Shown here: positions 1 through 11,224 of the stretch, in pieces
How the letters are laid out: every line of letters starts with the position of its first letter
Numbering within the stretch: the stretch's first letter is position 1
NCBI RefSeq assembly: GCF_016433145.1
Contig: NC_058131.1
Coordinates: 289,125,886-289,189,759, forward strand
From: Gracilinanus agilis
Lineage: Eukaryota
Direction of reading: 5' to 3'
Length of the DNA stretch: 63,874 bases
Position numbers and translations under genes: made by a program
Notes under the pieces: model-generated
What the model was told of the DNA's origin: nothing
Seen by the model: only the letters and a program-made list of their open reading frames with translations
Database searches by the model: none

Positions 1-229
1 ATACCCACCCATTTACCATCAATACTCACCCCCAATACATTGCTTGCTTGCTTCCTTCCTTCCTTTCTTTCTCTCTTCCTGTGTATAGATAGTCTCATCA
101 AATGTAGTTGTTTTGATTTTGCTTTGCTCATGGTAAGTACTTATAATAATGTTTTCGTATTGTCTGACTTTATTCCTGTTGTATATATTTTTATATATCT
201 TTACATTGTCTCCCATTAGAATGTTACTT

Positions 230-905
230 CGTTGTGATCAGGGCTTATTGTTTCATGTTCTCTTTGTCCCTAGCACCTAGCATAGTTCCTGGCACTGGTA
301 AGTGCTTTAATAAATACCTGTTAATTGAGTGATTGCTTAACAAGTCAACATTTATTTAGCTGCTCACCATGTCCCAGACACTGTTCTAAGCTCTGAGAAT
401 ACAGAGCAAGGTAAAAGACACAGCAAGGAATATTATATTCTAAAGTATTATTTATATTCTAAAGGAAGAAGACAACACAAAACGATTAGATAGGGAACTA
501 TGTACAGAAGAGGTAGAAGTCAATCTGAGAGGGACCTAAGGAGAGCAGAGAAGGTCTGCAGAAGCCGGCTGTAAGCTGGGTTTGGAAGGAAGTTGGAAGG
601 AACCAAAGAACCAGGCCTGGGGGGCATCTGGTACCAAGTAAGGGAAACAGCATCTTGTTCAGTGAACTGCACGTAGGCTCATCTTGCTGGAACTTACGTA
701 AGTAGTAGAGAGTGAAGAGGGAGAAGACTAGAAAGATAGGAAGGGACCCCACTCTGAAGAGTTTTGAATGTCAAGCAGAGAGACTTATATTTGATTCTGG
801 AGCTCCTTGAATGAGGGAGCAGGATGTAATATGGTCAGAGCTGAGCCTTCAAAAAGTTACCTTCTGGACTGAGTGCATGACAGATCGGAACAGAGAGAGG
901 CTTGA
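230..905. mobile_element. Two tail-to-tail LINE-2 fragments
   Basis: L2 3'-end motif on the plus strand at ~270-330 and its reverse complement from ~350. Confidence 0.7.
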
Positions 906-1400
906 GGCAGGATGACTCATCTGAAGGCAATGACTCTGAAAGAGAGCCTGACTGAAGACTTTGTCCAACTCTGCCTCACTTAACTCCAATTTATTCTTGA
1001 GTCAAAAGACATCAACAGTGACGCCATTTTGGTCCTCTTTCAGTATGAAGGACAATGGTCATCCAACCAGCAATTGTCTCTCTCTGCCTCAAGTCTCTTC
1101 CATTGCCTTAATCATCTCCATAGCCTCTAAAGTGATTTCTGACTATGTCAACTCCATATCTTCCTACATGAAAAACTCCAGTTATTCCCATTTACTCCAA
1201 GGATCATCTATAAACTTCTCTATGTGACATTTAAAACTCTTTACAACCTTTCCACTTTTCAGGTTTATACATTAGGCATCTAGGTGGCACAAAAGACAGA
1301 CCATTGGACTTGGATTCAGGAAAACCCGAGTTTGAATCCAGTCTCACATACTTACGAGCTTTGTGATCCTAGAAAAGTCACTTAAAAAACCAAAACCTTA

Positions 1401-1600
1401 GGGGGCAGCTGGGTAGCTCAGTGGATTGAGAGCCAGGCCTAGAGATGGGAGGTCCTGGGTTCAAATCTGACCTCAGACACTTCCCAGCTGTGTGACCCTG
1501 GGCAAGTCACTTGACCCCCATTGCCTATCCTTACCATTCTTCCACCTAGGAGCCAATACACAGTATTGACTCCAAGATGGAAGGTAAGGATACAAAAACT
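1401..1600 (+). mobile_element. SINE1_Mdo-type SINE inserted in a MIR
   Basis: Head gggggcagctgggtagctcagtgg, B-box ggttcaaatc, TSD aaaccaaaacctt. Confidence 0.9.
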
Positions 1601-1889
1601 GAAACCAAAACCTTCCTGTACCTCAGTTTTTTAATCTGTCAAGTGATAATGATAATAATAGCACTTACCTTCTATTATTGTTGTAAAGCTCAAATGATTA
1701 ACATATGTCAAGTGCTTTGCATACTTTAAAGCCTGTGTTACTGCTAGCTATAATTATTACTTCCCACCTCTTTGTGATATTTATTAATGTATTTTATTAG
1801 GCGACCAATAGGGTTCAGTGACTTGTCCAGAATTACACAGCTGGTAAACGTTTGAGGCCAGATTTTTTTTACTTCCTTTTACTTTCCTT

Positions 1890-3520
1890 TTTCTTTTTCA
1901 ATTATACAAGGAAAATATTTTTTACAATTGTTTTCTGGCATTTTATAAGTCAGATTCTTTTCCTCCCTCTCCCCATCCTCCCTAAGGAGGTAAATGGTCT
2001 GTTATAGATTATACTTTATATTACAGATTCATTTACATATAGATTATACCATATGTTATACTTTCATGCAAGGCATATTTTCCTATTCCCCATGTCATGA
2101 CAGAAGACACAAATCATAATACAATTAAAAAACTCATGGAAAAGATAGAGTGAAAGATGGCAAGCTTTGATCTGAAATCAGACTCTTATTAATTCCTTCT
2201 TTGGCTTTGGATTGCATTTTTTGTCATGAGTCTTTTGGGATTATTTTGGGACCTTGTTTTGCTGATAATAGTTCCTTCATAGTTGGTCGTTGTGTAATAT
2301 TTCTGTTACTGTATACATTGTTCTTGTTTCTGCTTGATTCACTTTGCATTAATTCATATAAGTCTAAGTTTGGGTTTATCTGAACTCTTTGTGTTTGTCA
2401 TTTCTTATGATGTAATATTATTTCCTTACAACTAGGTACCACAATTTATTAATCCATTCCTTAATTGATGCACACACCTCAGTTTCAAATTCTTTGCCAC
2501 TACAAAAAGAGCTACTGGAGGGTAGTTGGGTGGCTTAAGATTCAAGCTTGGAAGTGGGAGCTCCTGGGTTCAAATCTGACCTCAGACACTTCCCAGCTAT
2601 GTGACCCTGGACACTTAACTCCCTTTGCCTAGCCCTTACTGCTCTTCTGCCTTGGAATTAATATACCAAACTGATTCTAAGACAGAAGGGAAGAGTAAAA
2701 AACAAACAAACAAAAAAAAAAACAAAAAAAAAACCTTTTTTAAGAGCTGCTAAAAATATTTTTGTACAAATAATTCCTTTCTCCCTATCTCTGATCTTTT
2801 TGGGCTATAGTCCCTTTAGTGGTATTGCTGGATCAAAGGGCGTGCATAGTTGGGCAGCAAAATTAGGCTAAGAATTAACAGCTCAGGCAATCTCCATGAT
2901 GAGGGAGCAAGCTTTATTGAGAGAGTGAGGAAGGTGGTAGAATGGCCCTGGTGATGGAAAGGCTTGAAAGTGGAAAGGCTCTGAGAGATTTTCAGAAATA
3001 TTTTTTAAATCACTCTGGGGCATTTTGTTTCATTTGGAGAACAATCAGTCTTTTGTAAGCTAATACATTTGTATAAATATTGAATCTAGAGGTGGAGAAA
3101 TTTATTTGCAAAAAAAAAAGTATTGTTGCTTATATTTTCATCCATAGGACTAAATCCCTAATAGCATTTGATCCTCCTAAAGGAATCAGAATGAGGAGAT
3201 TTTCCCCTGTTGTTATATGTGACATTATTATAACTGTGTCTCTCCTCTTCCTTTCATAGCAAATTCCTATCATCAAGATAAGTAATAGGGACTTATGAAA
3301 AAGAACACTATCCACATCCAGAGAAAGAACTCTGGGAACAGAAACACAGAAGAAAAACAACTGCTTGATCACATGGGTCGATGGGGATATGATTGGGGAT
3401 TTAGACTCTAAACAATCACCCTAGTGCAATTATCAATATCATAGAAATAGGTCTTGGTCAGTGATACGTGTAAAACCCAGTAGAATTGCACTTTGTCTAT
3501 GAAGGAGGAGCTTAAGGGGC
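1890..3520. mobile_element. Old LINE-1 3' fragments
   Basis: Marsupial L1 3'-UTR/ORF2-end similarity on both strands, split by a SINE. Confidence 0.65.
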
Positions 3521-4924
3521 TTAATAAATTCTGGTTCCTTTCTCTGCCTAACAGACTTATTATTATTTTTTAAAACTCTTACCTTTTATCTTAGTATCAT
3601 CTCTATCGCAGAAGAGTGGTAAGGACAAGGCAATCGAGGTTAACTGACTTGCCCAGGGTCATACAACCAGGAAGCATCTGAACCCAGATCCTCCTTACTT
3701 CAGGCCTGGTGCTCTTTCCATTAGGCTACCTAGCTTTCTCCCTAACAGAAGAGTTTTGTGAACTTTAAAGATGTCCCCAAAGTCTTAAAATTGTACTAAG
3801 ACTTTTGGGATACCATATACTAGAAAAATTCAAGTAATCATGAAATTGATTCCCATTTGGGAGAGTCTTCCTGGAGACTGGGGGATAGACTAAATGACCT
3901 CTTTGGGGAGTTTTTCTTTTTTCTTTTCCTTTCTTGTAGGGAAGCTGATAAAAGCCTAATTTGCCTAGGTAGGAGGAGCAGGGACCACCTGGCCCTAGTG
4001 ACGTGATCACCTCTGCATTCTCTTGGATTAGGTGGGGTGGACACTGTCCTAGGAACTAATTCTGGAAGGAGGTGTCTCTGGAGTGTCACATAACCATGGA
4101 GCTGGCAGGGGCCTTAGTCCTGATTCCTTTTACAGGAGAGGAAAGCCTGGGTTGGCCAAGATTCTTTGCAGTCCGTTCTGTACCCTCCACACACATGGCT
4201 GCCAGCATTCTTTCATAAGGCAGCTGACAGTGGAAAGAGCTCAGGCCTGAGAGACAAGAGGCCAGAGAAGGACCTTATGTTCCTGCTCTAACATAGACTC
4301 CCTTTGCGATCCTGGACAAATTATTTCCTCCCTCTAGGCCCTATGTTCTCCTCTATTAAATGGGTTCACCCAGTGAAACCAAAGACAGGAGGAAAAGAAC
4401 CAGATGTTCAAAAATAGTTATAGGCCAAATACACAGGGGTGTATGAGTGTTCAAGGAGGACTAACTCTTCTAATGGGAGGGCTCAAAGAGCTCTTTTCAA
4501 ATAAGGAAAAACATGTATTAAATGCTTATTCTGTGGTCAGGCATAAAGTGCCAGAAACATTTTCTATGATATCAAAGAACTAGAAACCAATGGGACACCC
4601 ATTGATTGGGGGATAGCTGAATAAATTTTTAAAAATATTTTTTATTCATTTCATTAAATGTTTCCCAATTACATTAACATTTTTTAATATATTTTTTTAA
4701 AATTATGAATCCCAAATTGTCTCCCTCCTTCCCTCTCCTTTCCCTATCCCTTGAGAAGGCAAGCAAATATGATATTGATTGAAATGTGAAGCTGTACAAA
4801 ACATATTTCCATATTTAGCTGAATAAATAGGGGTTCACAAATATAACAGGATATTGTTATAGTATATATAAATATATGTATATATAAAGAATTCAGAGAA
4901 ACATGGGAAGACTTGCATGAAGTG

Positions 4925-5410
4925 AGCCTGAGTGAATTGTTGTTTGTCCTTGAAGACGACCAATGATGTCACAGTGATATTTTGACTTAAACTTGAATTG
5001 GATTTAAGTGAGATGCACAAATTTGTCAGCCTCACTCTTTCTTCCAGAGTTATTGAAGTCCAGTGGCAAGACAAAAGTAAGGATGACTGGTGATGGCCTG
5101 GGACGCAGTCCATGACTGTGGTTTCTTCAATGTCTGATCAAGTTCTCAGTCTTCATGGCCTTTGGAATAAATTTTTTCATCTACCCATTCTACTGGGAGA
5201 TATCTTCACACGCTTTGGGTAGACATCTCCCTAACTCATTGATGGGTTTGTGGCCCATCAGGTATCCTCAACTTGGGTTAGCTCATTAGCTGAGATGGTT
5301 TATTGGGTGTGACTACTGAGTATGCTACAACTTCTTGAAGCCACAGGTGAGAGTTGAGTGCCAGGTGGACACCAAAGTTCAATGAGCAGCCCTGAAAAGA
5401 GCTCTGTGAG
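4925..5410. mobile_element. RTE-related marsupial interspersed repeat
   Basis: Begins gttgtttgtccttgaagacgaccaatga..., resembling marsupial RTE-derived elements. Confidence 0.55.
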
Positions 5411-6169
5411 CCCTCCTCCTTGAACACTCATACACCCCTGAGTGAAATAAGGAGAAGCAAGAGAACCATTTATTTACTTTGTAAGTTGAGAGGGAAAAAC
5501 CAAGGGGGAGGGGGGAGAGGGACAAACCAAGCAGGGGAGAGGGATGGGGAGTATCAAAAGGGAGGGAAATAGAGGGAGGAGGGAATTTAATAGACCTTAA
5601 AGAAAAATAAGAGGGGAATAAGAAGGGAGGTAGTGGGAAGGAAAGTAAAATAAGGGTGGGCAATAGGGGGACTGATCAAAAGGAAAACACTGGTATAGAC
5701 AGAAATAGTGAAAGAAGAAATGACAGGATTAAAAGAGGAAATCAAAATGCTGGGAAATACACAGGTGGTAATCATAACTCTGAATGTGAATGGAATGAAC
5801 TCACCCATAAAATGTAGTGGATAGTAGAGTGGATTAGAAACCAAAATCCTTCCATTTGTTGTCTACAAGAAACACCCATGAGGCAGATAGATACACACGG
5901 GGTAAAGGTAAGAGGCTGGAGCAAAATTTATTGGGCTTCAACTGAGAAAAAGAAGACAGGAATCACAATCATGATATCTGACAAAACCAAAGTAAAAATA
6001 GATCTGATTAAAAGAGATAGGGAAGGTAATTACATCTTGATAAAAGGCAGTATAGAAAATGAAGAAATATTAGTATTCAAAATGTATGCACCAAATGGTA
6101 TAGCATCCAGATTTTTAAAGGAGAAACTATTGGAGCTTAAGGAGGAAATAAATAGTAAAACTATACTAG

Positions 6170-6358
6170 GGGGCAGCTGGGTAGCTCAGTGGAGTGAGAG
6201 TCAGGCCTAGAGACAGGAGGTCCTAGGTTCAAACCCAGCCTTAGCCACTTCCCAGCTGTGTGACCCTGGGCAAGTCACTTGACCCCCATTGCCCACCCTT
6301 ACCACTCTTCCATCTATGAGACAATACACCGAAATTAAGGGTTCATAAAAAAAAAAAC
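6170..6358 (+). mobile_element. SINE1_Mdo-type SINE inside L1 ORF2
   Basis: TSD aaaactatactag and an A-tail. Confidence 0.92.
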
Positions 6359-6566
6359 TATACTAGTGGGAGACCTGAACCTTCCTCTATCCGCTCTAGA
6401 TAAATCAAACCAAATAATAAATAAGAAAGAGGTAAGGGATGTGAATGAAATCTTAGAAAAATTAGAGTAAATAGATACATGGAGAAAAATAAATAGGGAC
6501 AAAAAGGAATACACCTTCTTTTTAGCAGCACATGGTACATTCACAAAGATTAACCATGTACTAGGG

Positions 6567-6778
6567 CAGTGATGGGCAAACTATGGCCTGTGGGCCAGAT
6601 TTGTGTGTGTGTGGCCCTGAAATGTTCTATCCTTCAAGTTCGACATTATTCCTAATCTGATGAATACAATGAGTAGGATGCAATACAATGAAACTTTGAA
6701 AGAGTTGCCTTAGAAACAGACTGACAGATGAGCATTTCCTTTCCTTTGGCCCCTCTTTAAAAAGTTTTCCTATCACTG
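6567..6778 (+). mobile_element. hAT-family MITE (OposCharlie1/OC1-like), copy 1
   Basis: TIRs cagtgatggg...cctatcactg and a perfect 8-bp TSD TACTAGGG (6559-6566 / 6779-6786). Confidence 0.9.
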
Positions 6779-6889
6779 TACTAGGGCATAAAAACATTGC
6801 AAACATGCAAAAAAGCAGAAATAATAAATACAACCTTTTCAGATTATAATGCAATAAAAAATATTAATTAGTAAGAGTACATGGAGAGG

Positions 6890-7156
6890 GGGCAGGTGGG
6901 TAGCTCAGTGGAGTGAGAGTCAGGCCTAGAGATGGGAGGTCCTAGGTTCAAATCTGACCTCAGACACTTCCCAGCTGTGTGACCCTGGGCAAGTCACTTG
7001 ACCCCCATTGCCTAGCCCTTACCACTCTTCTGCCTTGGAGCCAATACACAGTATTGACTCCAAGATGGAAGGTAAGGGTTTTTGTTTTTTTTTTTAAAGT
7101 AAAGACCGATGATAATCATGAATCCCATTGTTTCAAATAAAAGACATTTTTAAAAA
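6890..7156 (+). mobile_element. SINE1_Mdo-type SINE with ~60-bp 3' extension inside the TSDs
   Basis: 17-bp TSD aagagtacatggagagg at 6873-6889 and 7157-7173. Confidence 0.9.
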
Positions 7157-7689
7157 AAGAGTACATGGAGAGGCAAATAAAAAAATTAATTGGAAGTTAA
7201 ATAATATGATTCTCCAAAATTGGTTGGTTAAAGAATAAATCATAGAAACAATTAATAATTAAATTGAAGAGAATGACAATGAGGAGACATCATATCAAAA
7301 TCTATGGAATGTAGCCAAAGCAGTCCTTGGGGAAATTCATATCCCTGAGTGCATTTATCAATAAATCAGGGAGGGAACAGGTCAATGAATTGGGCACGCA
7401 AGTTAAAAAACTAGAAAGAGAACAAATTAAAAATCCCCAGATAAAAACTAAATTGGAAATCCTAAAAATCAAAGGAGAAATTAATAAAATTGAAAGTAAG
7501 AGAACTATAAGAAGCTGGTACTTGGAAAAAAACAAATAAAATAGATAAAGTACTAGTTAATCTAATAAAAAAAAAGGAAAGAAGAAAGTCAAATTAACAG
7601 TATCAAAGATGAAAAGGGTGACCTTACCTCTAATTAAGAGGAAATTAAAGTAATTACTTACTTTGTAAAAGAAAGCATCTTTTGGAATC

Positions 7690-7900
7690 CGGAAGATTCC
7701 TCCATCTGGGATTCAAGCTGGCCTCAAACACTTCTAGCTGTGTGACTCTGGGCAAGTCACTTAACCCTATTTGCCTCAGTTTCTTCATTTCTAAAATGAT
7801 TCAGAGAAGGAAATGGCAAACCACTCTAATATCTTTGCCAAGAAAACCCTGAATGGGGTAATGAAGTTGGACATAACTGAAAAATAACTGAACAACAAAA
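7690..7900 (+). mobile_element. Mar1-type CORE-SINE with an RTE/BovB-like tail
   Basis: CORE followed by gagaaggaaatggcaaaccactc...aactgaacaacaaaa. Confidence 0.85.
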
Positions 7901-8042
7901 GGCTTCACAATATTGTAGAAGGCATCTATAACCCCAAAAAGATTAAGAAACCCTTCTTTATACCAATATGGAACTTGCCCTGTGTCACTAGGGAGAGGAG
8001 TAGTTGAGGGGAAGTGTTAGCTAAGATTTTGTAGGCTGAGTG

Positions 8043-8059
8043 CTTTCTCTCTCTCTCTT

Positions 8060-8123
<64 letters not shown>
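8043..8123. repeat. (CT)n microsatellite
   Basis: About 80 bp of ctct with a few ttt interruptions. Confidence 0.97.
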
Positions 8124-8125
<2 letters not shown>

Positions 8126-8452
8126 TAGTTATGTTTTAATTTTTATGAGTTACATGTAGAAGCAATTTTTTACAATTGTTTTCTGACATTTTGTGATCCA
8201 AATTCTCTCCCTCCTCTCCCCTCTCCCCAGATGGTAAATAATCTGAGATAACTTATACTAGTGCTGATTGGCAACACAGACTTCCATGTTTCTCATGTCA
8301 GGACAGAAGACACATATTGTGCATACAAGAGAAAGCTCAGGAAGGAAAGAAAATGAAAAAAGAGATGCTTTCATTTGCACTCTGACTCTGCCAGCTTGAG
8401 GGCCCTCTTCTGGTCAGTGGGAAGACCTGCACCTTTTAAGATGCTCTCCTAA

Positions 8453-8475
8453 GGGGGGGGGGGGGGAGGGGGGGG
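8453..8475 (+). repeat. Poly-G tract
   Basis: A run of about 23 nt, all G except one A. Confidence 0.9.
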
Positions 8476-8520
8476 CGCTAATGAGACTGATGGGAAGCCA
8501 TGGCTGTTGAATCAGGAAAA

Positions 8521-8534
8521 GCCCCACCTAGTGG
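8521..8534 (-). promoter_or_regulatory. Candidate CTCF site
   Basis: Minus strand CCACTAGGTGGGGC has one mismatch to CCASYAGRKGGCRS. Confidence 0.5.
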
Positions 8535-10087
8535 ACAATCCAGTCATATCACACACAACATGTGATAACTCGGAGTGTGTGTCTGTGTCTCTGTCTGTGT
8601 GTGTTCTGTAGGCAAAAAGAAGGCAACATGGGAGCTGACTTAGGCTTACACTACTGAAATACTCCTAGTGTTATTTAAAGTACATTTAAAAGGCACTCAA
8701 AGTCCACTGGTACCATGATATCTATTTATTTTAAATTCTTACCTTCCATCTTAGAATCAAAACTATGTGTTGGTTCCAAGGCAGAAGAGTGCTAAGGGAT
8801 AGTTTATGGGGATTAATTACTTGCTCAGGGTCACACAGCTAAGAAGTATCTAAGACCAGATTTGAACTCAGGACCTCCTGTCTTCAGATCTGGCTCTCTA
8901 GCCACTGAGCCACCCAGCTGCCCCCCACATTATTTTTTAATGGGAATATTCTGTGACTTTAGGCAAGACCCTTCATTACTAGGGCAGCATGGGACAGTAC
9001 CTTTGGAATGATGGATTTGGAGTCAGGAACGCTTGAGTTTGAATCCTACCCTTAATACTTCCTTGCCTTATGACCATGGACAAGTCATTTAACCTCCATT
9101 AGTTTTAGTTTTTTCATCTGTAAAAAAATGAGATCATTGTATCCATAGCACCTATGTCGCAGGGGAAAATATTTATCAAGAGTTGTAGATATGGAAGCTA
9201 GGTGGCTCACTTAGAGATGGGAGGCTCTAGATTTGAATCTGGCTTCAGATACTTCCTAGCTGTGTGACCCTGGACAAGTCACTTCACCCCCATTGCCTGG
9301 CCCTTACCAATCTTCTGCCTTGGAACCAATACAGAGTATTGAGATTAAGTCAGAAGATAAGGTTTTAAAAAAAAGTCATAGGTATGATTACTTATCTCTG
9401 AGTTTCAGTTTCTTTTCATCTGTAAAATAAAAAAGATAACACTCATAGTACCTACATCATTGGGCTGTTGTGAAAAACAAATAATATAATGAATGAAAAC
9501 ATTATTTATCAAAATTAAAACATGCAAATATTGAATTATTAAAATAAAAATTATAAAAGCAACACCTATGTCTATCTTTACCAATGTACATCATCATCAT
9601 CTTATTATTATTAGTTATTAGTGTGTTTTTTTTGTGAGCATCCTGCAGGGGTGGAACACCTTAGCTTGCCCTTTGTTCTCCCCAGTGGCACAACTGAGCA
9701 TTGGGTACTGGGCTAAGCATACAGTAGGTATCTAAGAAATACTTAGGGTATGAGTAAATGAAGACTGGACTTGGAGTTAACAGAGCTGGGATCTAGTTCT
9801 AACTTGTCATGGGACCTTGGTGAAGTTACTCCTTCTCTGGGCCTGTTTCCTCCTCTGTAAAATGGGGATAATATATTCTTATGCTACCTACCTCACATGG
9901 CTAATGCGAGGAAGGCACATTATAAGCCAGAGAATGCTATAAGAATACAAGTTGTATCCCAGGACCCTTGCCCCTGTCCTTATGGGTAGTCTAAAGATCT
10001 TTTCTGGGCTTTGGCTTCCCCAAGGTGTGAATGGTTCCAAACGGGAACTTGCCCAGGCCCCTTCCCTCTGCCCCAGCCTGGCCGATG

Positions 10088-10248
10088 CCTTATTTAGTCT
10101 GGCTTGACTGCTGGTGCTTTTCTTGGGAATGTCTATATATAGGGGAAGAAGCCAGTGCCATTTGCTGCTGTCCATCCTGACCTCTCCTTGGCATCTGAAT
10201 CCCCTGCCCCCTCCTTCTCCCACCTCCCCATGTCCCTGCTCAGCTGCT
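10088..10248. promoter_or_regulatory. Candidate TNNC2 upstream muscle enhancer
   Basis: Perfect MEF2 site CTATATATAG (10133-10142), CArG-like CCTTATTTAG (10088-10097) and E-boxes (CATTTG, CAGCTG), about 1 kb upstream of the ATG in non-repeat sequence. Confidence 0.5.
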
Positions 10249-11049
10249 TTATGGGGCCCTCTTCATTCTTCTCTCCATCTGTCTTGATCCCCGATGGATT
10301 GGGGTTTGGGGTGGGCTGGCTGTGTCACCCAATGCTAGAAGCCTGCTATTTTCTAGTCTCATGGCGGCTGGTGTGTGTGTGTGTGTTTGTGTGTATAAGC
10401 ATGAAGCTGTCAGAGCTGCTCTCTGGCTCTTAGACTTTTGTCACCCCCTTAGCTCAATGTGTGATCTGGGAGAAGAGAGGATCTCCCTTTTTGGGGGTAG
10501 TTTTCTCCACTGTAAAATGAAGAGGGTGGGGCCAAATAATCTCAAAAATCCCTCCCAGCTCTGACATTCCTCGTTCTGCTCTCTCTGGTGCTCTCCATTC
10601 TGAAGTTCTGAAGGTTCCTTTTATCTCGGTCATTCTCTGATTTTAATCTCATTCCCCCACTCACCCCTAACAACTATTAGACATTAGTAGTGTCTGAAGA
10701 ACCCAACAATATGCTTCCACTGAGGCAAAAGAGAGGGATCCCTTGCTTCTTGTGCCCCCTTCCTTCTCTGTCCCACTCCAGCTTCGCTCTTTGGGGCAAA
10801 GTTCTTTTTATCACTGCTAGCCATAGTCAAATCCTTCTCACAACTTGTTTTGCCCCAACTTGGGACAGGTCAGGGGTCCAGTGTGAAGGCTCCCTGAGTG
10901 GGAGGAGGGGTGGGGCCTCCCCAAAAGGGTCTTGGAACATCAAGGCAGGCACCTGCTTGAAGGTTTAAGTTTACCCAGGGCGCCTTGGCTAAATTAGGTA
11001 ATAGGATCAGACTTGGGGAGGGGCAGGTGTCACTGAGCTCTGGGAGCTA

Positions 11050-11224
11050 ATTGGATTGGGGAAAGCTGGGGTACAAGGGTATCCAATCCCATGGAGCAGG
11101 GGGAGGGAGGAAAAGCAGAAGCCCCTACAAATATTGGGGACTGAGGTGGTGGGGAGCCTTTGGGTGTGGAGCGGAGAGGAGTTGGGACTGACTGCAGCGG
11201 GGGACAGAGTGATCAGTCACCATG
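11050..11224 (+). promoter_or_regulatory. TNNC2: TNNC2 core promoter and exon 1
   Basis: TATA-like TACAAATA at 11126-11133, CCAAT-like motifs upstream, and a Kozak ATG at the exon end. Confidence 0.65.

Larger units (their letters stand above)
5430..7660 (+). mobile_element. LINE-1 fragment (inter-ORF region and ORF2 endonuclease), interrupted by two SINEs and a hAT MITE
   Basis: ITLNVNGMNSPIK...ICCLQETHMRQIDTH...IDLIKRDREGNYILIKGSI...MYAPNG is the L1 ORF2 endonuclease. It carries stops and frameshifts. Confidence 0.93.

Noticed and set aside
5878-6210. 110-aa ORF as a host gene
   Set aside because: A broken L1 ORF2 endonuclease fragment running into a SINE.
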